A stretch of DNA of 64,000 bases from Euglena gracilis (GCA_039621445.1 CP154954.1:31334012-31398011), one strand, 5' to 3'; counted from the first letter of the stretch, positions 48,090-61,290 are shown. Numbers and translations: made by a program. Notes: generated by a model not told the origin, from the letters alone.

Positions 48090-50348
48090 GTCACGATACG
48101 AGGTCCGTCCAGCCGATGCCTTTTCCGGTGCGGACCTCCCAGCCAGGTGGCGACCAAAGGGATCCACTGGAAAAAAAATGCCGGGGCCAGCCTGGTGTGG
48201 CCGGGCTGGATACCAGCATTTTCGGCGCAAAATGCCAAAGAACAATTGAAATAGGGGTCATTTTTCTATCAGCTTTGCGCAGACTTCCAAGAAAAAAGTT
48301 TGTTTGTTGATTTTTTTTGCCTGGTGATTCATTGTTCATTTGAGGTTTTTGAGATCCGTATTAATGGTCTCCACCCCACGTTTTTTGCACCCCACAGGGT
48401 ATTAGGTGAGCAGTGGTTTTGTGAAGTGGGGAGGGGGGTCCAGACCACCCCCACCCCCCCTTCGGACTGAGGGGGGGGGGTGGGTCCGGAACCTCCCCAA
48501 AAAATTCCAGCGCTTCCCGCGGGAAAAGATGAAAAATTGGTGCATATTTTGACCAATCTTTTCAAAAAAAGTTTGTGAAACCACGATCTTTGGACATTTT
48601 TCAAGGCCCAAAAGCTTTTTCTGGCGCTTTGGGGATATGCATTTTTTTCACAAGAGGGGCGGGTCCAACCCACCCCCCCGTGGGGGGGCAAGGGGGGTCC
48701 ATACCCCCCCCCCTCCCCACTCATTTAATTCCCTGGCCCCCATGTCCAGGCCTTTCTCACCACTCCTCAGGCCCAAGAACGAGCTGACAAGCACACAGAC
48801 GTTGTCCAACAATTTAAACGTTAAAGGGTGCCTTCTGGGCAGGGGGGTGTGAATATTTATGGACACCATTGTGGCTGTTGGCTCGAGTTTCCAGAGGTCC
48901 AGCATTCAGCCTTGGCATGCCGTTTGTTTTGCTGAATGCGGGATTGCCCCCGTCCATTTGTACACCCTCGCCATTTCCGTCCTGAATCATGGTTATATAT
49001 TTGCTCCACCCTCGGGGTGTCTTTCTGTCCCGGGTGGCTAGGCCGAGACGAGCAGCCATTGCGACCAGGGCGTGATTTGAGCGGAAGGGGAACCAAACTG
49101 GGGGGTCCAGCCTGCCAGCATTGTTTTCTCCAGCCTGAAATGTTTTTCCAGCCCCCCCATCAACAAATTTTGTTTGCTGAATGCATTCATCAAATGGTCA
49201 TGGAGTTTTGCTTTTGGAGGTGCAAAATGGGTTGAAAATGGGCTGGCCAGGTAAGTGTAACAAGATTTTTGAATAATTGGCAGCTTTTTGGGGGTATTTA
49301 TGTAGTTTCGCTTTTTTTTCTAACACCCAGTTTGACCCTGGGTCAGGCTCAGTCCCAGCTGGGTGACCCCTATGGGTCAGCATCCTTTTTCCAGCCAGCC
49401 CATTTTTTTTTTAGCCTCGGGGTTGGACCCCCCCCCCCAGGGGTCGTTAAAAGACGCCCTGATTGTGGCAGGAACGTGCGGTTGACACCCCTCACAGTGT
49501 GATGTGTCTGCCTCGACCCTCAACTTAGATGGCGTCTCGCACTCAAGGATTTTTGTGTCGGTGTGTCCACACACCGACACAATTTTTAATTTTGGAGAAT
49601 TGGTATCCATGTCTTTGAACTGCTTCTGACACTCAGGGGAATGGTGCACATTGACCCTCTGAAACGTCGCCGAGTTGTGAAACCCCCAGGACTGACCTCC
49701 TCAAAGAGAGAAATTCACCAAAAATACACGAAAACCCCGGTGCCTCCCTGTCCAAGACACACCGTATCGTTGGTACCCCCCCCCCCCCCTTGTCCACCAA
49801 CCACCCCTATGTACCGACCACCGCCCAGTTGGGGGTTGCAGACAAGGGGATGCGCAACTGCCAGCGCCAGTGGGGTGACAGGCCCACCCCTTCCCTTGAT
49901 TTCCGAAGCACTACGGCACGTTGTAGAGGCTTTTGAAGCTGGTTATGAAAAGGGGTGGAGGTTTGTATGTAACAAATGAAGCAGGAAGAAATGGGTTGTC
50001 AGGGAACTCTGCCAGTGGTGGTTGATGAGGGGGATGAAGAAGGAGGACTGCCACCAGTTTAACCCCCCCAATAGAAGTGCGGGGCCGCACTGCAAGCGCA
50101 GGGTCCAAATAAAAGCGCACCTCCCTGCCGCCGAAGGCAGGGTCCGTTACAAGCGCCCCCCTCCCCCCATTTTGGTGGTATCTCAAAAGGAAAGCAACAA
50201 AAATCACCAGGTGGGGTCCGGTTAGAAGCGCACCCCCCACCGCTGGAGTCGGCGGTCCACCATAAGCCCGTGCTTTTATCAGGTGGTTACCTTGTTGAGT
50301 TCAGTGGCAGGTTTTCCATCACCACACTGATGTTTCAGCCTCTACCCT

Positions 50349-50756
50349 CCCCCCCCCTATGTCCAATGACCGGTAACCTCTGTCCTCTGACCGGGGGGGT
50401 GGTCGTTGGACATAGGGTAGTGACCAAAAAGGTGTCCTCTGACCGGGGGGGTGGTCGTTGGACATGGGATCAAAAAAAAGTTGGTGGGTACCCGGGTCCC
50501 TACCCACCCAAAAATGCCCAAATTTTCCCTTCCGGCGCTTTGCGCCGAAAATTTTGGGCAATTTTGACAAATTTTTGTCCAAAAAAGTGTCAAAAATGGC
50601 ATTTTGGCCAAATTTTTGGCCAATTTTTGGGCAAAATTTTTCGTCCCGGCGCTTCACGCCGGGACCAAAAATTTGGTCAAACCTCCGAAAAGGTGTCCTC
50701 TGACCGGGGGGGTGGTCATTGGACATAGGGGGGTCGTTGGACATAGGGGGGGGGGT
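50349..50756. mobile_element. TIR element with internal GTGTCCTCTGACCGGGGGGGTGGTC repeats
   Basis: CCCCCCTATGTCCAATGACC / GGTCGTTGGACATAGGGGGG. Confidence 0.75.
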
Positions 50757-51661
50757 GTGACACCCACTCAACAGCAAAAAAACAACCAACGTATTTGCGC
50801 ACACGTCGAAAATTTTTCAAGCCTCCTATGTCAGTGCATTTGGAGCTGGAAGCTGAATGTGATGAAACTGTGGTATTCCCTCCAAAAAGTTCTTTTTTTT
50901 TTAAGCTTTGGTGACCCGGGGGCGGAGGGGGGAAATGGGTCTGGGCTGCCCCCCCCCCCATTTTTTTCATCAAAGGACTCTCACTGCCTGGCCAGGTCTC
51001 TTTCATTTTTTCATGGTCTCTCGCTTGGTGGAGAAAATGACAGCACCAGGATTGCCAAACGGGTCCTCTCCACAGCAAATTTCGGATGAATCAGTGAATT
51101 TAGTTCGCTGAAAAACCAAAAACCTGCAATCCAAAGCTCTTTCTAAGCAGTTCCACTTTTTTTGCGTCATTTTTTTTGCATTCTCTTTCAGGAGGGCTGG
51201 GCTGTCTGGTTCTTTTTTTATTTCAGCATCAGTTTTTTTGTGCGGTACATTAATTGGATTGTACCGGCCGACCTGGATGCATTTTTTTTTAACTGGGTCA
51301 GTGCTTCAATCCAAAAATTCCAAGAGCCTGATGGTAATGTTTCCCTCCCTTTCACTTTCCCCGTATGTCCGGGGGCGTATCTGCTTCAGAATTTGTGTGT
51401 TGTCCCCCAGGGGACAACACACTTGTTGCCACTTTGTGGCCACTTGTGGCCCCCCAAGGGGGGCTTCAAGGGGAACCACTTTTGGAGAGTAATTTTGTGG
51501 TCAAAAAAAAGTTCCGTGCTTTGCGCCGAAAATAAAGGAAAACCCCACCTCCAGATGCCCCCCCCCCCGTAGCCCGGGCCATGATTGAAGGTAAGGCCAG
51601 GGGGACAACGAGGCCAAGTTTGGGCCAAGGTAAGAATTTTGTTGTCCATGTGCAAAAGGCC

Positions 51662-51745
51662 TGTAGATGGATGGATGGATGGATGGATGGATGGATAGGC
51701 AGATCTTTCTATCTATCTATCGATCTATCCATCTGTCTATCTACA
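51662..51745. repeat. (GATG)n followed by (ATCT/ATCC)n, an imperfect foldback
   Basis: TGTAGATGGATGG...CTATCTACA. Confidence 0.85.
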
Positions 51746-51764
51746 TTATTCAGAAAAACGAGTC

Positions 51765-52067
51765 ATGGCCAGTTTCCCCCCCCCAGGACCCCCCCAGGAC
51801 CCCCCCCAGGACCCCCCCAGGACCCCCCCAAGACCCCCCCCAGGACCCACCGGGGGGCGGTACCCAGATGACCCACTGACCATGGAGTTCCGGGCGCCTT
51901 CGGCGCCCGCTACCGGGGGGGCTCCCGCCCCCCCCAGACCCCCCCGGGCTTCAAAATAACCTCATCTTGTGCTGCAAAAATTTTGCCAAAAAGTTGCGGG
52001 ACCCCCCCCCCCCAGGACCCCCCCAGGACCCCCCCAGGACAGGGTCCTGGGGGGGGGAAACTGGCCA
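51765..52067. mobile_element. TIR element with CCCCCCAGGAC subrepeats
   Basis: TGGCCAGTTTCCCCCCCCCAGGACCC / GGGTCCTGGGGGGGGGAAACTGGCCA. Confidence 0.8.
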
Positions 52068-52127
52068 TAAGTGAGAAAAACTGATCTAGAAGAAATTTAT
52101 GGCACATTTCTAATTGCACACACTGAC

Positions 52128-52425
52128 CAGGGGTTTTTTTTAGTCTTGGACCCCCTCCCCCGGGGGGGGTAGGGTGGGTGGGTCCCTTGGACCCTCCTCC
52201 CCCCCCCCCGGGGGGTGGGGGTGGGGGCTGGTGGGTATATCTTTTTAGGCGCCTTTGGCGCCGAAAATTTTGAAAAGGTGCTTTTTTTAGCATTTTCGGG
52301 CAAAAGTGGGTCCCCGGGACCCCCCCCCCCTCCCCCGGGGGGCCCCACCCCAGGGGGGGGGGGGGTGGGTGGGTGGGTGCCGACACCCTCCCCCCTCCCC
52401 CCCCCGGGCTTAAAAAAAACCCCTG
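52128..52425. mobile_element. hAT-type MITE (16663/47712 family)
   Basis: TIR CAGGGGTTTTTTT/AAAAAAACCCCTG. TSD ACACTGAC. Confidence 0.92.
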
Positions 52426-53619
52426 ACACTGACCTAAATGTTGTTTTAGCTTTGGGACCTTAACAACAGGGATTTCTGAGACAAGAGATGTGAAAAAACA
52501 GGAGGAGAGCAGCGTCTACAAAGTGGAGGTGTTGTGCAGTATGTCTGACAGGTGAAATAAAGTGTCGGGGTGTTACATTTTATGCCCCCCCTGAACCCAG
52601 GGATTTTTAAGTGAGTAGACACATCCAGTTACAGCCAAATGCATTTTGCCTCGCTTTCGGACCAAAATACTGGGGCTGAGGGGCAGCTTTAAACTAAATT
52701 TTCAAGGATGGCACTGGACATGCCGTTTTGATGATTTTTTTTGTTTTTTATATATTTTGCTTCTTTGAAAATTCTTTTGCATATGTTCAATCACCGATGC
52801 CCACATTCGGGCCCAGAAGCTGGTCTTTTTGTGGTATTTGACTTTTGTGAAATATCTGGCATTTAAGGATTTTCAAATCGCAGCAATGCTGAATTTCAGA
52901 CAGCCTGTTTGCGCATTTGTGCAAACCAACCACTTGTACAACTCACAAGCACACCACTTTCAGCTTGTATTGTGGCCCGTTTACGCATTTGCACAAATGA
53001 TTGATTTGCATATTTGCGCGCATCATTCGCTTGCACAAAAGTGCACACCAACCATTGAATTCTCACACGGTCAAAATTTTGGGGGCATCGTTTCTGGCTA
53101 AGTCTCACGTGCCCCCAAATTTTTCTGGCAACATCCCATGCGGCAGCCATTTCAAGGTTCCCAAACACACATGCTGGGTATTATGCATCTTCTGTGGTGG
53201 CATCTGCTCTTGGGCACCCTAACTGCAAAGTCCCTGCTTCCATCTCCGCCTCCACATATTTGACTTCAGGATCCAGGTGTAGTCATTTTGAAGGGAAAAA
53301 AGCGTTGATTTGCGCAAATGTGCACACAAAGCAAAAGCCGTATATTGCGAGATCCGCCACCTAAGCTTGAGCACGCACCTGCCTTGTGGCCCATTGCATA
53401 AGCTTGCCAGACTGGATTTGAGCCTCGTCGATGTGATGCAGTGCTCTTTGGTGCAGTCGGGGAGTCTCTGTCTTTGCCTTCAATCCAGGTAGAACTTGTT
53501 GGGGAATTGCCATTTTATTCAGCCTCCGAGGAAGCCCAGGTTCTCTTCACCCCCAAGGTTCCACCTTCTTACATCCGTTTATTATGCAACTTTTTTTTTT
53601 AAAAAAAAACATGCACCGA

Positions 53620-56600
53620 GGACCCACCTCGCACGTGAAGCCAACAAGCGTCCAGGGGCGAGCCCTGGCCGACACCGCGGACTCCGCACTTTGCCCTTGT
53701 GAGGCCATGCCTTGCTCGCTGGCGGTGTTGTTTGGATTGTTTGCTGCGTTGGACTAGGACACCTCGGGCTCCGCACTTTGCCATTGTGAGGCCATGCCTT
53801 GCTCGCCGGCGGTTTGCTGTGATTGTTTTGGTGCGCTTGGTTAGGAGGCCCCGCTTAGTGCCTTGTTCGCCGGAGTTGGCTGATTCCTAAATTGCCCTTC
53901 GACACCCAGAAGAAAGGAAAAGAGCTCGCCGACGAGGAAGAACCGAGAACAGCAGTCAATATCAGTTCAATATCCAGAAGAGCACGAACCAGACGAATAT
54001 CAATTGAGAATTCACTTGTCAATTTTCAATTTGACTTCAATGAGCAATGAAGTGGAGAAGAAATTGTAATTGCATGGCCACGGACGTCCTGGAGCAGTGG
54101 CCGCAGAAGCTGGAGAACTTGGAGATGCGGTCAACACGCGGCAAACCGTGGCCGTTTTCCCCCCCCAGACCCCCACCCCAAAAATTTCCCAGCCCAAAAC
54201 CCCCCCCAGTGACGGCCACGGTCCTTGGAACACTGTGGCCAGAAGGCCCCAGCCCTTGGTGGGCACAGGAGGGGCCAGGGGGGCCCAAAATGCTCCACAA
54301 TTGAACAACCACAGCCCACACATGTGGGGCATCTCCCCCAAAGGCGCCCAGTCGCCTATACACAAATTGGCCAAAGGATGGGGAGATGGAATCAAGGCGA
54401 AGGAGGTCAACACTAAAAGGGCCATGGGGGCCAGTTTTACAAGCAAATCCACTCAGGAAGGGGCAGAAAAGGTCTGTCAAACCCCCCCAATTCATCTATC
54501 ACAACAGCCCCTCTCAAGGGGAAAAGGGGGGGCCACAGCAGCCCCCCCAGATTTCAAGTGGGGTTGGAGGCCAAATCAAGGCCTGGAAGACCTACAGAAG
54601 GATTATGGAAAAAAAATTACACATGGAGACCTTGGAGTCCAGCAGGGTGGACCCACAGTGGCCACCAAGAAGCTAAGGGACATCATCCCCAACCAGCAGA
54701 GTGGACCCACAGTGGCCAGCTAAGAAAGCTGCTGGAGAAATCCCCCGAGGGACCCACAGAGGCCCTCTGCCAAAAAAGGGGGAAAAGGGGACCCACAGTG
54801 GCCCCTTCAATGACCCAGCCTCAGGAGGAAAAGGGACCCACAGTGGCCCTTTTGGAGGAAGGGGCAGGAACCCCCCCAACATTTATTTCTCAATTCCCGA
54901 TCAATCAATCAAGGGGGGGAACCACAGAGGCCCCCCTATGGTATGTCAACCAACCACATCAACATGGAGAAGACCAAATAGGCAAACAGGGGCATTAAGC
55001 CCTATGGTATGTCTTCCAACAGCAAGATCATCCAGAGGAGAGAGTGCATGCACGTCCCCCCAGAAAAAATTTCTTTTTCCAACGGCCCAAGCCCTAGGGG
55101 ACCTAGGGGTGCAATGTCCAACACCCCCAACCCAGCCCCCCCAGAATCATCTTATCCAGAACATAAATTCAATGGAGGAAATAGGGGGAGACACCCCCCT
55201 CCATCAAAGGTTGCAAAAAAGCCTAAAATGTCCAACACCCCCAGCCCAGCCCCCCCAAAATCATCTCATCCAAGAAATAAATTCCATGGAGGAAAAATGG
55301 GGAGACACCCCCCTCCATCAAAGGCTGCAAAACAGCCTGAAATGGTGGACAAAAAATGCCCTCCCAACAACATGTCAACTCATCAGGGATGGCATTCAAC
55401 CCCCCTGGGTCAGTCCACCAAAATTGTCCACCCACCCAAAAATCAGAGCAAATTTGAACCTACCCCAAGCAGAAAAAATACTGCTGGATTACGAAAAATC
55501 TGGATCCGTAAAGAGGGTGAGGGACTCAACTACCCAGCACCTGATCACCTGGTTTCTGATTTCCAAACCAGAGGGGGGGCAGACAAAATGGAGATTAACA
55601 AGCGATTGCAGGGAAATAAATCAAAGGTTCCAAGTGAAACCTTTCAAGCTGAATCACATCCAGCACATTTTTCCAGTTTTGGAAAAAGGCCACTGGGCAG
55701 CAAAAATAGACCTGAAGGATGCCTATTTTCATATTCCAGTAAGTCCAGGCCTAAGGCCATTTTTAAGGCATCAGGTGGGGGGCAGACCTGGGAATTCCAG
55801 GCAGGCTGTTTTGGCCTGAATTTAATGCCCCAAATTTTCATGTCAGTGATGAAAACATTCGAAAAGCTGTGGAGGAAAAAGGGCATCCAGGTATTTATTT
55901 ACCTGGACGACATTTTACTGGTGGCCCCAACACAAATCATCTTACAAAATCACCTGAACACAGTGGTCAGGGATTTAATCAAATAAGGATTCAAAATCAA
56001 TGTAAAAAAGTCCACCCTGCAGCCCACCCAAATCGTAAATGATCTTGGATTTCAACTAAACTTCCAAGAGGGAAAATTACAGGTGCCCCCCCAGAAAATA
56101 AAAACAGTAAGAAAGGAGCTGGGAAAAATGGTGAAAAAAGATTACATGTCAAAAAGGCAACTGGCTGCCATTTTGGGCCAAATCAGATGCAATCTAATGG
56201 CCTTGCCCTTTCTAAGGGCCTGTACGGATGCCCTGGCAAAATTTTTGGTGGAAAATTCCACAGCCTCCTGGGATTCAAAACACCCCATTTCACAAAGAAT
56301 AAAGGACCAATTAAGAGAAATAAAAATTCTGCTGGACACCTGGGGGGGCAGACCCTTCCCCCAAAGTGCAACCAGGGAGTTGCACTCAGACAGCAGCACC
56401 CATGCCTGGGGGTGGCTAGACATTCGAACAGGCAAAATTGTGCAAGAATTTTGGAGGGAAAACTACATTTTGCACATAAATGTCAAAGAATTAAGTGCAG
56501 CAATAAGCACAGTTCAAAGCCTCAGCCAGCCAGGGGAAACTGTGTCCCTATCCGTGGACAATCAAGTAATTTACTATTACTTAACAAAAGGGGGGGGGGC

Positions 56601-57170
56601 AGAAAGGACCCTTTCAATTTCATGCTAAGACCCTTCTTCAAATGGTGCATGGAACACAACATAAACCTGCAAGTAAAGTGGGTCCCCTCAAAAGAATGCC
56701 TGGAAGACCCCATAAGCAGGTGGGAAATGGACAGGGGGGATTACTCACTGGACCACCAACTTTTTCAATGGCTGAGGCAGCAGTTCAAAAATTACGTCAG
56801 CCTAAAAAAAGGCCTTTTTGCCTCACCAAGCAACAAAAAGCTGCCACAATTTGTGGCCAGGTGGCCCCACTGGGGAGCCACAGCAGTAGATGCATTACAA
56901 TGTCCACTGGACAACATGGGGGATCTTTATGCAAACCCCCCCGGTCTGTAAACCAAAAATTTCTCCCCAGATAAAAAATGTTTCCACAGGCCAAAGCTTT
57001 GATGGTCACCCCTACTGGGCTTCAGCCACGTGGTGGCCCCAGTTAATAAAAATGAAAGTTCCAGGGACCCCCTGCCTGAAAATTACCCCTTACAAGGGTA
57101 TGTTCACCAATTGCAGGGGGGGGGGAAATGCCACCCCCCAGGTGGCCCCTACTTTGCATGATCTGCATGG
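53620..57170 (+). mobile_element. DIRS-type retrotransposon copy 1 (terminal repeat, gag-like, RT, RNase H, adenine-methyltransferase-like; truncated at the YR start)
   Basis: Domain order as in the pol feature. 5' repeat shared with 57186-57285 and 62340-62900. 57127-57166 matches the start of the minus-strand YR region at ~63820-63863. Confidence 0.85.
55300..57120 (+). pseudogene. DIRS pol: RT + RNase H + MTase-like domain, frameshifted
   Basis: RT: FLISKP..WRL.SDCREIN; KIDLKDAYFHIPV; CFGL..PQIF; IYLDDILL. RNase H: LHSDSSTHAWG; HINVKEL; VDNQV; WVPSKECLEDPISR. MTase-like: LFASPSNKKL..VDAL..YANPP..PYWASATWWPQL. Confidence 0.92.
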
Positions 57171-59703
57171 CCTCACAATGTCTTTGTGCTTCGCCCTCGG
57201 TGTCCCTTCTTCCCTTCTCGGTCTTCCTCGAGGGAGTACGAGAGTCCCTGCTTAGTGCCTTTTTCACCGGAGTTAGCTGATCCTGAATTTGCCATTCGAC
57301 ACCAAGAAGACAGGAACGTCAAAGGAACGTCAATCAATCAAGTAAATTATCAAGAAAAGGACGCTCGTGCTAAGTCTCCAAGCTGAAATTGTTGAAGTTC
57401 CTGAAAGATTTCAATGGCAGATGCAATTTCCAAGGCGAATAGCGCTGGAGAACTTCAAGAGGGAGCAGCAGAAGCAGCAGCAGCTGGACAACCTGAGGGC
57501 GCGGGTGGACTGTGGCGAACCGTGGCTGCCCCTTCCCCAAAAGAAAATTCCCCAAAAGAAACTTCCACAACCCAAACCCCCAAAAGTGATGGCCACGGAT
57601 CCTTTCAGACAGTGGTCAGAAGACACCGCAAGGGGCAGAGACAACAACCAGCAGGCCACTACGGCCATTGGAACCAGGGCCATGGGGGCCAACGATTCAA
57701 AACACAAAATGCATTTAAGCGGTGCCATGGCATCCAAAACCGCACAGGCCGCGAAGGCAACAAGGGCCATGACGGCACAACCGGCCATGAAGGCATCTAC
57801 ATCATCAACAGTAGCTGGAACAAAGGCCCAGGTGGCCACCAGTACCCAGACCCCACATGACACGGCAGGGGTAGAAAAGATCAGACACGCCATCCCCATC
57901 CTTTCTCAATCGCACCCCCCCCCAGGGGTCATGGGTGGGACCCAAAGAACCCCTCAAGATTTCAAACGGGCATGGCGACTCAGAACCCAATCAGGCCATT
58001 TGGGCCTTTATCATCAAGGCCACTGGGGCCAGAAAGTTCAACAAGAAGATCAGAAATTACAAAAAAGCCACACGGGGGGTCCTTCACAGGCCCCCCAGAA
58101 GCTAATGGACAGCCCTGCAAGGGCTTTGAATTTAAATGGGCAGCCCCCTGCCCAGCCCCAGGAGGAAGATTCCCCCGCATGGGCCAGCTGGCAACAAGAA
58201 GGGGGAGACTTCCCACTAGCATTTATTCAATCAACAAGGGGGGGACCCCAAGAGGCCCCCCTATGGTATGGCTACCAACCCCATCAACGTCAAGCAGACC
58301 AGATAGGCCAAACAGGGGCAGTAAGCCCTATGGTATGTATTCCAACAACAAGATCTTCCAGAGAGAGAGTGTGTGAGAAGAGAGGAGAGTGCATGCACAT
58401 CCCCCCAGGAACTTCTTTTTCCAAGGGCTCAAGCCCTAGGGGCTCTAGGGGCTGTGAAATGTCCAACACCCCCCACCCAGCCCCAAAAGAATCATCTAAC
58501 TCAGGAAATAAATTCCACGGAGGAAAAATGGGGAGACACCCCGCTGTACGAGAGACTTCAGAAAAATCTAAAATGGTGGTCAAAAAATGCCCCCCCCCCC
58601 CAGCAACATGTCAGTTGATAAAAAAAAATGGAATTCAACCCCCCTGGGTAAACCCCCCCAAGTTGTCCACCCACCCAAAACCCAGAGCCAACGTGGACCT
58701 GAACCAGGCAGAAAAAATCCTATTGGACAACGAAAAAACTGGGTCAATAAAACCAGTTTCAGCTGCAGGCACCCAGCATTTAGTCCATTGGTTTCGAATT
58801 TCGAAACCATAAGGGGGAACAACAAAATGGAGAATGATCAGCGACCGCAGAGAAAAAAATCAGCAGTTTCAAGTAAAGCCTTTCAATCTGGATCATATCC
58901 AGCACATTTTTTGCAGTTTTGGAAAAGGCCACTGGGCAGCAACCTGAAAGGTGCCTATTTTCATGTTCCATTAAGTCCAGGCCTAAGGCCATTTTTGAGA
59001 CATCAGGTGGGGGGGAAGACCTGGGAATTTCAAACATGCTGCTTTGGCCTGAATGCAATGCCCCAAATTTTCATGTCAGTCATGAAAACTTTCGGAAAAT
59101 TGTTGAGAAAAAGAGGCATACAGGTGTTTATTTACCTGGACGACTTTTTACTGGTGGCAGCCACCCAAAACACTTTGCAAAATCACCTGAACAGAGTCTT
59201 CAAAGACTTGCTGAATTCAGGGTTCAAAAACAATGTGAAAAAGTCCACCCTGCAGCTCACACAAGCGGCAACCCATCTGGGTTTTCAACCAAACTTCCAG
59301 GAAGGAAAGTTACAGGTGCCCCCGCACAAAGTCAAAACATTCGAAAAGGAACTGGGAAATATTTTGAAAAAAGATTACATGTCAAAAAGGCAGTTGGCTG
59401 CCATTTTGGGTCAAATAAGATGCAATCTAATGGCCCTGCCCTTTTTAAGGGCTTTTGCGGACACCCTGGAAATTTTTTTTGGTGGCAAACGTCCACAGCC
59501 CCCTGAGACTCAAAACACCTCATTTCCCAGGAAATAAAGGCGCAATTAAGGGACATAAAAATTCAACTGGACACCTGGGGGGGCAGACCCTTCCCCCAAA
59601 ATGCAACCAGGGAGTTACACTCAGACAGCAGCAGCCATGCCTGGGGGGAGGGGGCTGGCTGGACATCCACACAGGAGAACTAGTGCAGGAATTTTGGAGA
59701 GAT
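57171..59703 (+). mobile_element. DIRS-type copy 2 (gag-like ORF at 57367-58400, decayed RT, truncated in RNase H)
   Basis: LKGAYFHVPL, CFGL, IYLDDFLL and LHSDSS motifs. Paralogous to copy 1. Confidence 0.88.
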
Positions 59704-59704
59704 T

Positions 59705-61290
59705 TTGGAGATGCTTATTTTCACTTAAAGCTGCTGCAGCTTGAAAAAAACATGTTTTCATGCAAGTGGGGTGGGGGAGACTTGTTAATTTCAAGATGCA
59801 AGCTTTGGTATAAGCAGCCTGCCACAAAAAGTTATGACTCTGAGGAGAGTCTGGGAAAGAAAATGGAGAAAGGAAGGAAAGTTAGTTTTCATCTACCTGG
59901 ACGACATTTTTCTGCTGGAGTCCAGCAAAAAGACAGCAGCCCAACATTTGGCAGAAATGAAAAAGGACCTTTTACTGGCAGGTTTCATATAAAACCTCCC
60001 CAAATCCTGTCTGGAACCCACACAGGAAATAAAGGATTTGAGCCAGTGGATCAGTTTGAAAAGAGAACAACTTGAAATTCCTCAGGAAAAACTGAAATTC
60101 TTGAGAAAGGAGCTAGGCAAAGTGCTCACAGCACAAAAAATGAGCTGCATATAACTCAGTTCTATTGTGGGGAAAATCAGAATTTATTTAGTTCAATGCC
60201 ATTTCTAAGAATTCTGACAGAGAAACTTTGAAAAGTGGTGGAGCTACACACCAAGTGGGGTTGGGACCACACCCTGACCATTCATTCCACAAGGGGTCAA
60301 GGATAAATATTGTGGAACTGAAAGAATCTTTACAGCAGGTGTGGGCAGGACATTTCAATCCCAGGCATCACAAGAACTGTACTCAGACAGCAGCACCTGG
60401 AAGTGGGGGGGGGGGGGCTGGAAAAAAAACTCAGGTCAAGAGGTCCAAGATTTCTGGAGGGACCTGCATTTCCTTCACATCAATCAAAAAGAGTTGCAGG
60501 CTGCATTGGAAACAGTAAAAGCTTTGGCCAAACCAAAACAAACTATTGTGATTGATGTGGACAGCCATGTGGCTGTACGCTATTTAACAAAATGTGGAGT
60601 CAAAAAGCCATACCAAAATTCCATCATAAAACTCCTTCTGTACCATTGTCAAGAAAAGCAAATCAATTTGCAGGTGGTTTGGGTTCCCACCCAGGAGCAA
60701 TTGGCAGACCCCCTGACCAGGGAGCAAAAAGAACCAGAACCATATCTTAATTAGGATTAAGATAATCCTAACCTTATTAGGATTATCCTAATCCTAATAA
60801 GGTGTAGGATTATACCTAAACCTACACATTTTTCACCAGATTCTGGAGTTTTGCAAAAAAGACATCACCCCAGAGGTGGACATGCTTTGCACACCCAGCA
60901 ACAAAAAAATTCACCAGGTTCATTTGCCGATTCCCGCACCAAGGGGCTGCTGGTGGATGCCTTAAAGGCAAATTTAAGGAGTATCCTCCCAGTTTATGCA
61001 AACCCTCCCTGGAGAATCATCCCACAGTGGGTCCAGAGATTAATGCTGAATACAGAACTAATTTTTCTGCTGATGGTACACAACTGGGCTTCGACATCAT
61101 GTTTGGTGGCGCCAATTAATGTCAATCAGGCAGCCAGGGAGCAAAGTTTTGCTGGTACCCCCCACCAGTGCGGTTTGTTCACCATCTGCTGGTAGGAGAA
61201 GATGCCCCTCACCCAAGGTGGAATTTTTCCTGGTTGATTGTGTCAGGCAAATATTACAATCCCAGGAAGTTTCGATGTCCAGTGTCGACA
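59705..61290 (+). pseudogene. Divergent DIRS RT-RNase H-MTase remnant (copy 3)
   Basis: DAYFHL; YLDDI at ~59894; LYSDSSTWKWG; HINQKEL; WVPTQEQLADPLTR; VDAL..YANPPW. Confidence 0.85.

Noticed and set aside
56750-57120. Restriction-modification methyltransferase
   Set aside because: It directly follows the DIRS RNase H, where DIRS elements are known to carry an MTase-like domain. No nuclease partner is present.
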